Assembly (NCBI RefSeq): GCF_001194135.2
Contig: NC_068997.1
Span: 13,552,691-13,603,313, forward strand
Direction: 5' to 3'
From: Octopus bimaculoides
Taxonomy: Eukaryota
DNA: 50,623 nucleotides
Shown: in pieces, positions 1-12,300 of the stretch
Numbering within the stretch: position 1 is the stretch's first letter
Layout of the letters: each line of letters opens with the position of its first letter
The notes under the pieces: generated by a model
What the model saw: only the letters and a program-made list of their open reading frames with translations
Databases searched by the model: none
What the model was told of the DNA's origin: nothing
Made by a program: the position numbers and the translations under genes

Positions 1-710
1 GAAAAAAAAAAAAAATTAACACCAAATATACAGTGCGTGTGTTTTTATTGGCTAAACTGGCAATATGACCATCCCCAAGTACAACAACATCTGTTTCAAC
101 ACACGATTTCACATAAAAAATCTTGCAAAACAAATATGTATATATATATATATATATGTATATGTAGATTTAGATTTATTTTCTCTAACCTTAAAATGCT
201 GGTTTGGCGAGAGGATGTCCTGGTTTTTCTCTGGAATTATAAGACAGATGGATTGAGAATGCTGGGTGATATCATTGCTATCTTAAGAAGAGCGGTCCGT
301 TGGAAAAATATATTGCAGTCACCACTCAATGCTACTATAAACAGCCATAAGCTTGTCACTTGCTTGGACAAGTATGCGCTGGGAGCAGAAGAGATGCTTT
401 AGTAACTGATCAGCTTACAAATCTAGTTGTCCATTTTTGAGTTTGTGTTGTTCTCGCTGTTCAGCTCCAAATCAACCCTGTTAAAGCAGAACTGATCGAA
501 TGATTTCCAATCAATGACTTTCTTACTTGATTCCTGGTATGCCGGGACCGCATTCTCTAAAGTATCTTTTTTTAAAAGCTGACTGGGTGTGATTTGAGTG
601 TGTTAAGTACTATTGCAATAGATATGTACCAATAACTGTTGATCAGTTGTGCTCAGTTATTGCTAATCATTGATTGAGCAGATCTCTATTAAGGTCTTTA
701 CAACCATAAC

Positions 711-768
<58 letters not shown>

Positions 769-1133
769 AGAGTGTATATTCTACGTGGTACAAACGAAGG
801 TCTTTGCTATAATTTAAAGAAGTTTAGAAACTGTTTCTTGCAGATCAGACGACTACGTTAAGGTTCACTTCCGGACTGTGTATGAATAAAAATCGTTACT
901 TTGTACAAAAAGTGTTCTGAGTTATTTAATCACAGTGTTTTACGTACTGAGTCCAAAATTACTCTGAGCTCAATTTTAACGCTAATATTTTGGCTTCAAT
1001 AGAAAATGTGATCGTAAAATAATAGAATCATCGTAACTGATTATGTGCATCCTTCATATTTTACGTTCTGAGTTCATGCCCGAAATCAATATTTGAATGT
1101 AAATTATTGCTGGGAAACGGAAGCTTTGGACAA

Positions 1134-1470
1134 GATATTTTGTCGAGAGAATATTTTGTTGATCTCCTGAATTTGACCACAATAAAATCTGGTAGCCTCG
1201 AGGAGGATTTCTGGGTGAAAAATAACTTCAGAGGCTGAAGCCACACAGGCGATTAACGCATTCAAATGGGGTAAGAATGCCGGGCAAGATTAAATTCAGC
1301 CTGAGATGTTAATGGCCGTAAATAGAGAAGATATTCCCAGCCTGACTGGGAAATGTCAGGTGGTTTTGGACCTCTGGAAAGACGCCAAATCAATGGCAGT
1401 CTGGGTTGTTAATCTCAAGTTTCAAAAAAGCGAGACAAGAGAGAGTTTTGTTTATCAATTTACGGCGGGT
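1134..1470 (+). mobile_element. Degenerate RTE-clade LINE ORF2 fragment (Rex3/Expander-like, region just upstream of RT)
   Basis: Frameshifted translation gives DILSREYFVDLLN, then EAEATQAINAFKWGKNAGQD*IQPEMLMAV..CQV, then GKTPNQWQSGLLISSFKK. This follows the recalled RTE/Rex3 pattern EYFEDLLN..LKSGKAAGEDEIRPEMLKAL..GKTPRDWQTGVIIPIFKK. Stops and frameshifts are present. Confidence 0.75.
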
Positions 1471-2260
1471 CTTAAAAGATTTATAGGAATATTGCCAAGT
1501 AGTGCACGCTTCCTGTTTGTTTTCACTGTCTTGGTTTTGTCACCAATGATGACCCTCCGCAAAATCACAAATTTTATTTAATTTGCTTTGCGGGAACAAC
1601 TGTTTTATAGAAGGTGTATGTTGTCGTGAATTGCTCGAAAGACAGATTAGAAAAACAGCCGACAAGTGAGGAAGGGACGTTCCTTGTGTTGCTTGTATTG
1701 TTTTCCATTTGTTTCTTTCGTTGTTTGCAAAACAATGCCATTATTCCATGTCCATCGTACTTCGCATTTTTGTTGTTTATGTTTTGTGACGTNNNNNNNN
1801 NNCTTCGCATTTTTGTTGTTTATGTTTTGTGACGTCCTGTGCTCACATATGCATATGTATATACGTATACATGTAAGTATGTACGCATACGTATGTATAT
1901 ATGCATATACATATATCATTTTTATTATTATATGATTGAACGCCACGCATCCTTTTCCAAGTAAGTTTTATACATGTATATATATATATATNNNNNNNNN
2001 NNNNNNNNNNNNNNNNNNNNNNNNNNNNNNNNNNNNNNNNNNNNNNNNNNNNNNNNNNNNNNNNNNNNNNNNNNNNNNNNNNNNNNNNNNNNNNNNNNNN
2101 NNNNNNNNNNNNNNNNNNNNNNNNNNNNNNNNNNNNNNNNNNNNNNNNNNNNNNNNNNNNNNNNNNNNNNNNNNNNNNNNNNNNNNNNNNNNNNNNNNNN
2201 NNNNNNNNNNNNNNNNNNNNNNNNNNNNNNNNNNNNNNNNNNNNNNNNNNNNNATATATA

Positions 2261-2430
2261 GGACGGACGTCTCTCAGTTTCCGTCTATCAAATCCACTGA
2301 GAACGCTTTGGTTGGCCCAAGGCTATAGTGAAAGACATTGACCAAAGGTGCCACGCACGGGGACAGAACTCTGGAACCATGCGGTTGGGAAGCAACCAAG
2401 CTTCTTATCACACACCCACGCTTTTGCCCA
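2261..2430 (-). mobile_element. SINE family C, 5' (tRNA-head) half; remainder lost in N-gap
   Basis: Matches the copy at 23330-23474 (cagtttccgtctatcaaatccact..ggctatagtgaaagac..aaggtgccacgc..gaaccatgcggttgggaagcaa). Confidence 0.8.
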
Positions 2431-3147
2431 TATATATATATATATATATATATATCTGTGTGTGTGTGTGTCTGTGTGTGTGTATGTATATACCTACATA
2501 CACACAACTGTCTACTATTTACCTACGTAATGCATGCAACGAAAACGTAATTTGAAGATTACTAGTTTTGAATTATTTATGTTTATGCATTCATTTTACA
2601 ACTTCGCTGCCATGGAGGTCAAAACGACTATTACAGACCTGAATTGACAAACATACATTTACAAACATACATTTACAAACATATCATTTATTGAAAACGA
2701 TTAACTGAGAATAAATAATTCCACTGAGTTAAAATTTCTGACCAAATGTAACTATTGCAAAGTTACATTTCCGCGTTAATATAATCGTATTCCTCATGTA
2801 GATTGATTTTAAATTGTTTACTGGTAAATGTTCGTGATTCGAGTTATTTTTATTCGCGTAAGAAATTTTTGATGAAGGCTTGTGATTAAACCGCGTGGTG
2901 GTCCAGTTCTTAACACAAACCTCCTAGCTAGACTTCACCACATTGTTCATACTTCGAAATACACTCAGTTTGACCCTAATCTTGCAGTGAGAACTTGCAG
3001 GCCATAGTCGCAATATTTGGTCCACTCATTGTTACTATCAAAAACGCATTGCATCTGGAGGGAAAAGTTAATAAGTTAAAGATCAGTGAAACGAATGCAT
3101 ACATGTATATCTTAAATGCATTTTTGTGTTTAGTGATCAATAAATAT

Positions 3148-3178
<31 letters not shown>

Positions 3179-3516
3179 TAGTGCCTAGTATGCATATAAA
3201 TGCACATTCTATATGCATATATATATATATATATANNNNNNNNNNNNNNNNNNNNNNNNNNNNNNNNNNNNNNNNNNNNNNNNNNNNNNNNNNNNNNNNN
3301 NNNNNNNNNNNNNNNNNNNNNNNNNNNNNNNNNNNNNNNNNNNNNNNNNNNNNNNNNNNNNNNNNNNNNNNNNNNNNNNNNNNNNNNNNNNNNNNNNNNN
3401 NNNNNNNNNNTATATGTAAATATATTGAAGTTCATTTAGAATAAGCTTACATGTATCTGAAGGGTTTTGTAGAGTGCAAAATTATTATTACTATTAAACA
3501 AGAAAACATTAATAAT

Positions 3517-3591
<75 letters not shown>

Positions 3592-3592
3592 T

Positions 3593-3633
<41 letters not shown>

Positions 3634-3961
3634 GGTCTCTGGGTGAAACTTGGATCCAACTTGTACAAATGCAAAACAAAAGTCAAACATAAAATAATAA
3701 TAATAATAATAATATCAAATGCTGTTTCGTGCAAAAGGTACATATACTCACACTCACACACAGAGATACACAGACACACTCACACACTTACAAACACATT
3801 CATGTGATCGTTTTATATTCATTATGGTGGTATCCGGAAGTTGAGATTCTTGCCTCCATTTAGAAACCTGCAATCAATCCACCCGGACTATGATTTTAGA
3901 TTCTTAGTAATAAATTGTGTGTTCACGTGGTTTCGTGACTAATTGATTCAGCTTTATTTAC

Positions 3962-4075
3962 GAGAAGTTGGGTTTAACAACACCAGATATAACATGAGTA
4001 ATTAGACGATTGCAACTACAGACTGTCGAAGGAACTGTTAAGATAAGTAAAACATTGAAGAAGTTCAGAATATAA
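3962..4075 (+). mobile_element. Possible C-terminal fragment of a non-LTR element with a restriction-like endonuclease
   Basis: Reads EKLGLTTPDIT*VIRRLQLQTVEGTVKISKTLKKFRI*, which resembles the terminal helix of REL-type non-LTR ORFs. The match is short and from memory. Confidence 0.4.
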
Positions 4076-4799
4076 TAACAACCACGAATATAATGACATT
4101 TTATCTGCACCTGAGTGTCTGAATATATATGTGTATATTTAAATGTATACATGCATACATGTACACATGGACACATATTCATACACACATGTTTGCAGAC
4201 ACACATACATCAATGCATATATATACAATTACGCTTATGTACACACTAGTCCACCCTCTTTGATGTTCTCTACATTCCGATAAAAAGTATTGTTTCTAAG
4301 CTACAAATCGGTTCTTTCTCTATTGGTGAAAAACTGAAAAAACAAAATCAGGCAAGCTTTCATACAAGTATGTATACATATCCTCATACGACTGACAATC
4401 ATATATACACTCCAACAGTTACATGTACATACAATATGTATACATAAATAAATGCATATTTACATGTATAAATACATATATACACATACATGAATTCATA
4501 TATGGGCATATAGGCATGCAGGAATACATATGTGTTAACGTGTGTATACGTGTGAATCTCTTTTCTACTCAAGGAAAAAATTCTTAAATCGCTAAGCAAT
4601 TCACTTAGGAGGAATAAATATTGCCGTTTTCCTTGTTCAAATTGATAAGATGATGGAAACTGGTAATATATCTGACTATGAATGTGTGAGAATATTAAGA
4701 AGTGAATGACTTTGATTTTAGTTACCAGTGTTGTTATGGATTAAACAAGAAGTAATTAAAAATACTGCTTGAAAAATCCAATCTCTACTGGCCTACTAT

Positions 4800-5330
4800 G
4801 CGCCAACAATATCTCTGTTGGTTTCCTGAAGGTGTATAAGCAGTTGAATTCATCCAGTGACCTGAGATCGATGAATCTGTCCTCCCAATTCTAGATATCT
4901 TTGCCTGCGGACTGAACGCAAATGACAATTCTAGCCAGTGATACTGGACAAACACGAAGGCGCAACGTTAGTAGCTCATATTGTTGACATGCATTGTTTT
5001 CAAAGATACTAGAGCGTGTAATTCATAACAGCCATCATGAGGTATACCTCCCTACGGTCACAGATAACAGATTGCTAACATGGCTTCGGGTAATGGGAAA
5101 ATCATGTGAAACATTATTTCTATCCATTACAAGCTGGTGCATTCACTAACTCAAGTGGAGCAGGTAGACTATATTAATTTTCTTAAATTCTTCGTAAATA
5201 GTTTGACACAGATAATTAATCGTAAAACTCTTTAGTGCGATGTTATAAGGTTTGTGAAATTCCACAAATGCTGATATAAAATGTTCAAAACAAAATAGAA
5301 TAATATCGCTGACCAAATTACTTGCTGTGA
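4800..5330 (+). mobile_element. Highly degenerate CR1/L2-like LINE reverse transcriptase fragment
   Basis: RT landmarks appear in the correct order across frameshifts: VLPILDIF, LTCIVF/KILERVIHN (4984-5029), *HGF, GKSCET, EQVDY, FDT. Confidence 0.65.
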
Positions 5331-5430
5331 TTCACAGCTATGATATACATCGTTTCTCGAGGAAATATACATAAACAACATTACTAAATTAACCTAATGT
5401 ATCCATTGTCTATTTATTCTCTGAATATGA

Positions 5431-5502
<72 letters not shown>

Positions 5503-5749
5503 ATATATATGATAGGATGTTTTCTCATTTCTTTTCTTAAAGCGGAATGTTGAATCTCACACATGAAACCAGTATTTCCAAGTCTTAAACGGTTATGTTA
5601 TAGGTAATTATTTGTGTATGTGTGTGTACGTGTACACACACACACACATATTCATTTATTCATTTATAAATATACATACATATATGATGATACAGATATG
5701 TATATTCATATGAATACAAATATATATATTACACGCATACACACACACG

Positions 5750-5783
<34 letters not shown>

Positions 5784-5817
5784 ATATAAATTTATATATA
5801 CGCATACATATATGAAG

Positions 5818-5849
<32 letters not shown>

Positions 5850-5868
5850 ATACATGTGTGTGTGTGTC

Positions 5869-5920
<52 letters not shown>

Positions 5921-6549
5921 TGTGTGAATCCCTAAAACTTCAGAACTACACAACCAATTTCATTCAAATTTTACACATGCCTTACTTAGGGTCCCGGTTG
6001 TGTCTTAGTCAAGAAAAAACTTTTAACTTCTTTTATAGTTCGAGCCCACAGTAACATAATAACTCCTCCACTATTTAAGTATTACGTGTTAAAAGTAAAA
6101 CAAAAACGCTCATGTCAAATACTTTAACTTTAAAAATGAAACTTTTCCACTATTTCAGTATCGAAACTGAAACAATCACATTTCGATACTGTAATTTTTG
6201 GGGGATTAATTTACACTTACTTTTTTTATTAACCACACAGGGTCGAAACACAGAGGGAACAACACAAGGACAGAAAAAACACAAAAGTGGGGGAACAATC
6301 GAACGAAAAGAATGGTAATGTTAAATCAAAAGGTGGAATGACGTCTACTCGAAACACACACTCCAGTTAACGTCATTGAACGTTTTTAGAAAAAAAATTT
6401 TGACTCGTGTTATTTTATTTATGTCTCTTCCTCCTTGTGGTAAATATTTTTTCTAACCGTATTTGCTTGAAAAACATACTTTTCTTGATATTAAGCAATT
6501 CATTATAATAACTTTTACGATGTGCCTAAATAAAAACCATCGTTATAGA

Positions 6550-6670
6550 TCAGCATTTCTCAACCTTTATCGCGATTTGACTTCCCTTGGAGATTGAAAA
6601 AAATTATTTCGGCTCCCCTGTGTTGATGAAAAATTTAATCCAGCTTCCCATGTATCTGAGATATACCGGC
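6550..6670. mobile_element. Possible hAT-type MITE remnant inside the Helitron
   Basis: Begins CAGCATTTCTCAACCTTT, similar to the hAT/Charlie terminus CAGTGGTTCTCAAC. The right TIR is not convincing. Confidence 0.3.
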
Positions 6671-6710
6671 CGGTCCATGACAAATCTGACAAAAGAGGGG
6701 ACCCGCAGAA

Positions 6711-7100
6711 CTACCAGCTCACGAACTGCATCTGAAAGCTGGCGCGCCAATCATGCTGCTAAGGAATTTAGATGCTCTAATAATGCGCAATGGTACGCGG
6801 ATGATTATCCAAAAATTGTGCTCCCGAGTTCTGTAGGCAACAATCTCGAATGAACCGGCCGCTGGCTAAGACATACTTATAACTCCCTTACCCACTGCGA
6901 TACGACCTACAAGTTTAAACAGATGCAATTTCCCATCAAAATCTGCTTTTCCGTGACAATCAATGCAAGAGGTTGGTTTGAATCTGACAGAGCAAGTATT
7001 CTCACACTCGCAACTGTACGTTGATTGTCCCCATGGTCTTTCTATTTGTGCATTCGAGAGAAGGACGAAGAATCTTGTCTACCAAGAGGCACTCCAATGA
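6711..7100 (+). pseudogene. Helitron RepHel PIF1-family helicase C-terminal fragment (pseudogenised)
   Basis: Reads LPAHELHLKAGAPIMLLRNLDALIMRNGTRMII, then (frameshift) YKFKQMQFPIKICFSVTIN, VGLNLTEQVFSHSQLYV and RTKNLVYQEALQ*. These are the canonical Helitron helicase motifs, with stops and deletions. Confidence 0.9.
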
Positions 7101-7407
7101 TAACAACGGCAACTTCAACTGCTCCAATTTCAACTCCGCAATTTTTTCATCGTCCTGCCAGCCCACGTAAGTCCAGTCTTGCTTTGCTCTCCTTACTAAC
7201 TCACATTGACATTCTTTTTCTTCTACCAAGATCCGTCGCCCAAACACCACTTCTTCCTCTTTTTATGCCTTCTTTTCTCTCTTCGCGTCGTTCTCTGACC
7301 GGGTGAAACCGGGCTTAGCTGCTAGTATATATGTATATAACACATATATTTTAAGTCTTTCTGAAACTTAATAAGGTTTTTAAATATAAATTCTTCTATC
7401 ATTTAAT

Positions 7408-7786
7408 TCTTTTAATTGTCTCAGTCATTTTGACTGTGGCCATGCTGGAGCACCGTCTTTAGTCGAACAAATCAACTCCAGGACTTATTCTTTATAAGCC
7501 TAATACTTATTCTATCACATACTTTTTCCGAACCGTTAAGTTACGGAGACATAAATACACCAACATCGGTTGTCAAGCGATGGTGGGGGAACAAACATAA
7601 GCACACAAACATATATACATACATATATACATACATACGACGGGCTTCTTTCAGTTTCAGTCTCCCAAATCCACTCACAAAGCTTTAGTCAGCCCGTAGG
7701 TATAGTAGAAAACACTTGCTCGAGTTGCCACACAGTGGGACTGAACCCAGTACCATGTGGTTGGGAAGCAAACTTCTTACAACACT
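7408..7786 (-). mobile_element. SINE family C, near full length
   Basis: Colinear with 23006-23474. Minus-strand tRNA-like head, CORE-like segment (gtggcaactcgagcaagtgttttctactata), short internal (TACA)n, and tail cagtcattttgactgtggccatgctggagcacc. Confidence 0.85.
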
Positions 7787-7977
7787 ATATATATATGTAT
7801 ATANNNNNNNNNNNNNNNNNNNNNNNNNNNNNNNNNNNNNNNNNNNNNNNNNNNNNNNNNNNNNNNNNNNNNNNNNNNNNNNNNNNNNNNNNNNNNNNNN
7901 NNNNNNNNNNNNNNNNNNNNNNNNNNNNNNNNNNNNNNNNNNNNNNNNNNNNNNTATATATATATATATATATATAT

Positions 7978-8167
7978 ATTCGCCATGATATATCGCTGAC
8001 CACTATACACATTTTTTTCTCTTCTTGCTTCTTTCTGCGTTCTTGTCTGTGGACGAGCGTAGACTCGAAACGTTAAAGACTTTTTTCAATTCCCTAGCGT
8101 TATACTAATACATCTATTTGTTTTCTACACCACCTGTCTTCGTCTGTTGCTTCTTTTGTGAATTCCC

Positions 8168-8170
<3 letters not shown>
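7978..8170 (+). mobile_element. Penelope-like element terminal repeat fragment with hammerhead-like motif
   Basis: Contains GGACGAG-cgtaga-CTCGAAACGTT (8051-8074) followed by a T-rich tail ending in (TA)n, a layout typical of PLE termini. Confidence 0.55.
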
Positions 8171-8209
<39 letters not shown>

Positions 8210-10101
8210 GTAACTATGTATACAGATAGATATAGATAGACAGACAGATAGATTGACATTACTGCATAATACTCGCAATATTTTAGGTTGATAGGAAACA
8301 AAGTTCAATAACAATCTCTTATTAAACAGTGAACCTAGATTTATAGACAGTTTATCATATAAAAATGGTGTAATCCAAGAAGACAACAGCTTGCAAGAGT
8401 AGACAACTTAAAGATATGCTTTCAGATACACTACTGTACTTGACGTGTATAATTGGTCGAAAATGTGTCATAATGCTTGGTACATTAGTAAAGATATTTT
8501 GTTCTTCAATCACATAATGTTATACAGAGACGCGTTTATTTCACCTCTATTTTATAATATTGAAATATTTTCTTAAATACTTTTTATTCGAGTTCTTCTC
8601 CAGTAGAAGTTTCATATGTTCCCGTAATCGCTTCCTTAGGTTGCTGAAATCATTCTAGACGTTGTCGTTGTAGTCATCGTCGCCGTCTTCGTTGTCGTCA
8701 TCATCAACATCACCATCATTATTATTGATGTTAGGTGTCAGTAAGCCTATAGATGTCTTTTCCGGGAAACAAACAAGAAAGAAATCGTAAAAGTTTGTCA
8801 ATTCACAAATGTATATATATATATATNNNNNNNNNNNNNNNNNNNNNNNNNNNNNNNNNNNNNNNNNNNNNNNNNNNNNNNNNNNNNNNNNNNNNNNNNN
8901 NNNNNNNNNNNNNNNNNNNNNNNNNNNNNNNNNNNNNNNNNNNNNNNNNNNNNNNNNNNNNNNNNNNNNNNNNNNNNNNNNNNNNNNNNNNNNNNNNNNN
9001 NNNNNNNNNNNNNNNNNNNNNNNNNNNNNNNNNNNNNNNNNNNNNNNNNNNNNNNNNNNNNNNNNNNNNNNNNNNNNNNNNNNNNNNNNNNNNNNNNNNN
9101 NNNNNNNNNNNNNNNNNNNNNNNNNNNNNNNNNNNNNNNNNNNNNNNNNNNNNNNNNNNNNNNNNNNNNNNNNNNNNNNNNNNNNNNNNNNNNNNNNNNN
9201 NNNNNNNNNNNNNNNNNNNNNNNNNNNNNNNNNNNNNNNNNNNNNNNNNNNNNNNNNNNNNNNNNNNNNNNNNNNNNNNNNNNNNNNNNNNNNNNNNNNN
9301 NNNNNNNNNNNNNNNNNNNNNNNNNNNNNNNNNNNNNNNNNNNNNNNNNNNNNNNNNNNNNNNNNNNNNNNNNNNNNNNNNNNNNNNNNNNNNNNNNNNN
9401 NNNNNNNNNNNNNNNNNNNNNNNNNNNNNNNNNNNNNNNNNNNNNNNNNNNNNNNNNNNNNNNNNNNNNNNNNNNNNNNNNNNNNNNNNNNNNNNNNNNN
9501 NNNNNNNNNNNNNNNNNNNNNNNNNNNNNNNNNNNNNNNNNNNNNNNNNNNNNNNNNNNNNNNNNNNNNNNNNNNNNNNNNNNNNNNNNNNNNNNNNNNN
9601 NNNNNNNNNNNNNNNNNNNNNNNNNNNNTATATATATTAGCAACAATAAAATTACGTACCATTTATACAAATACCAGTATTTATATACTTTAAATGTATA
9701 TGACTAACCTTCAGCTGAATCCGGTAACATTGCCTTTGCAATTTTAAAAATCCCACGACATGGGGCCAAAACATGTATCGATACAACATCACTTCACTTA
9801 GATATAATAGCGAGTGGATGGCAGTGGAGGGTTTCTTGAAGATTTCGTGACTTAAACGCGAACTGGTTATTAAAGCAAGAAATAATTATTTTAGTACTCA
9901 GAGCAGCTTGGGTGGTGGGCATAGTCTAAAACTTAAGGTTTTCGTATTCAACATATTTAACTAATCTGGCAGTCGATGGAGACTCTAGGTAGTTGCTCGA
10001 CATATTAACCATCTCCGAAAATTTGTACTTCAATCAAACACAAATTAAAAATAATCACCAGAAGGATATATGGAACAACTTGCAGCTTACATTTACGGTT
10101 T

Positions 10102-10187
10102 GTCACGTGACTAAGCAACATAACTCGGTGCTCACGTGACTCTACGGAAATCCACCCCTTTGCAAGCATTCCAGTGACGTTTGCAAT
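10102..10187. promoter_or_regulatory. Cluster of palindromic E-boxes and a CRE/CEBP-like motif (candidate enhancer or promoter)
   Basis: GTCACGTGAC at 10102-10111, CTCACGTGAC at 10131-10140 and TGACGTTTGCAAT at 10175-10187, in non-repetitive sequence. Confidence 0.35.
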
Positions 10188-10330
10188 TTGAAGATACAAT
10201 TCTGTCCTTCTACGTCCCGACTAAGAGTTAAAATGAAACATCTGCTTTATTGTAATAATGAACCCAATTGTCACACCATGTATCGTAGAATAGTAAAGCA
10301 TAACATATATAGAAACCAACAATGTAAAAC

Positions 10331-10354
10331 TCACTTTTTGGATACGCCGTCGTA
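10331..10354 (-). mobile_element. Isolated mariner-like TIR remnant
   Basis: Reverse complement TACGACGGCGTATCCAAAAAGTGA resembles TACGAGGG..TCCAAAA mariner ends. No partner TIR was found. Confidence 0.35.
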
Positions 10355-10761
10355 CTTTTGGCCACCGTTTCGTAAAAGTCTCTTTTTATGTTATTTTCTT
10401 TTATTTGTCTATTTTTCTTCAGGTGGTACTAATTCATTTTCGAAAATGCACATATGAATACATGAGATATCGAGCAATAAGAGAACATAACCGTTCATAT
10501 TTTCTATAATACTTCATAGAAAGACAACGTTATATTGTTTTGTAGTATATAAGTGCACAGCTGCTAATGTCTGAGCAATTACATATATGCCTTTATATTA
10601 GACTACATATTAATGGCATAAATGTGTAAAAGAAAAAGAAAACCAATATACATATGTATATATAGGTGTGTATGTATATATATATTTGTATGTACTGAAT
10701 ATGAATATATGTATATATGCACTACATGAATATATATTATAGATATACATATATATATGTG

Positions 10762-10834
<73 letters not shown>

Positions 10835-11217
10835 TATATATATATATATGTGTGTGTGTATAAATGTATATATGTATATAATAAGAACACATAAAGGTAT
10901 TATTGGTGGCATATATGCTTGATGTAAATATGAAGGATGTTAGGAGTGGGGGGTAATGTGTATATGTCTGCATGTCTGCACTGTTAGGTAGAAGATTTGA
11001 AAGGAAATTCGGTAAACCAAGCAAGGTGCAGTGCCTGCAGCTTATGTGGAAAAATCTGCTCAATGGCTTGATATAAAAGAAATCAATTAGTTCTTGTAAC
11101 ATTGCTTAGGAAAGAATAAAGAAAAAAAAACAACAAAAGTTCGACGTTGTGGTGTGCTGATTAAAACACTTGCCGTTAATGTTCTACAGATATTATACGT
11201 TGATTTTGGTATTATTG

Positions 11218-11267
<50 letters not shown>

Positions 11268-11276
11268 ATTATTATT

Positions 11277-11341
<65 letters not shown>

Positions 11342-11963
11342 TAATAATAATGTTGATAAGTAAACAGTGGTAAAAAGAAAACCAGGAGAAAAAAGTTTTT
11401 AGGTCAGTGTATTAAACAGAGTGAATTGTGGTTTGTGTGTGTTTTTGTTTTTTCTGTTCCTAAATACTCAGTTGATANNNNNNNNNNNNNNNNNNNNNNN
11501 NNNNNNNNNNNNNNNNNNNNNNNNNNNNNNNNNNNNNNNNNNNNNNNNNNNNNNNNNNNNNNNNNNNNNNNNNNNNNNNNNNNNNNNNNNNNNNNNNNNN
11601 NNNNNNNNNNNNNNNNNNNNNNNNNNNNNNNNNNNNNNNNNNNNNNNNNNNNNNNNNNNNNNNNNNNNNNNNNNNNNNNNNNNNNNNNNNNNNNNNNNNN
11701 NNNNNNNNNNNNNNNNNNNNNNNNNNNNNNNNNNNNNNNNNNNNNNNNNNNNNNNNNNNNNNNNNNNNNNNNNNNNNNNNNNNNNNNNNNNNNNNNNNNN
11801 NNNNNNNNNNNNNNNNNNNNNNNNNNNNNNNNNNNNNNNNNNNNNNNNNNNNNNNNNNNNNNNNNNNNNNNNNNNNNNNNNNNNNNNNNNNNNNNNNNNN
11901 NNNNNNNNNNNNNNNNNNNNNNNNNNNNNNNNNNNNNNNNNNNNNNNNNNNNNNNNNNNNNNN

Positions 11964-12005
<42 letters not shown>

Positions 12006-12162
12006 CATACATCAATGTCCACACTCCCGCCCACTCACACACGCATGTATAGACATACAGGTATGTATATGTGTGTGTAGGTATTTTTATGTAACGTATG
12101 GTCATGAGAGAATGCTGGATATATGGTGTTATTGATATGTGCATCATATGTTGTGGTAAAGG

Positions 12163-12300
12163 AAAGGCGGTGGATTAGGAGACTCGTTGGTGCGTTGAAC
12201 TGAATGCCACACTATTTTGCCTTACTTTCTACCGCTGAAGTGCAAATCCCATCAAAGACAAGTCACCTCTTCATCCTGATAAGTCTGATAAAAAACAAAA
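12163..12300 (+). mobile_element. Old degenerate SINE family A copy
   Basis: ggcggtggattaggagactcgttggtgcg..gaagtgcaaatccc..cctcttcatcct..gataaaaa is loosely colinear with the family A copies. Confidence 0.45.

Larger units (their letters stand above)
5821..7325 (+). mobile_element. Internally deleted Helitron: microsatellite-bearing 5' part, helicase C-terminus, 3' hairpin and CTAG end
   Basis: The 3' end has a ccgg-gtgaaa-ccgg hairpin (7299-7312) and CTAG (7322-7325) followed by T. The 5' part (TA)n-gagaatac-(TG)n..aactacacaaccaatttcattcaaatttt resembles the 5' regions of non-autonomous Helitrons. The left boundary is uncertain and no 5' TC is seen. Confidence 0.7.

Noticed and set aside
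1760-1835. 33-bp direct repeat flanking a 10-N gap (similar at 14740-14830)
   Set aside because: Identical contig ends on both sides of a placeholder gap indicate an unmerged-overlap assembly artefact.
5006-5163. Two apparent micro-exons (5006-5041 ILERVIHNSHHE and 5134-5163 LVHSLTQVEQ) with AG/GT ends
   Set aside because: They lie inside the degenerate CR1/L2-like RT fragment, where KILERVIHN and EQVD are RT motifs.
8655-9693. Long ORFs in the track (e.g. 335 aa, 295 aa, and similar at 11404-12147, 17881-18538, 27587-28259, 33734-34623, 45354-45948, 47650-48347)
   Set aside because: They consist of X from N-gaps and YIYI/HTHT/CVCV from dinucleotide repeats, so there is no coding evidence.
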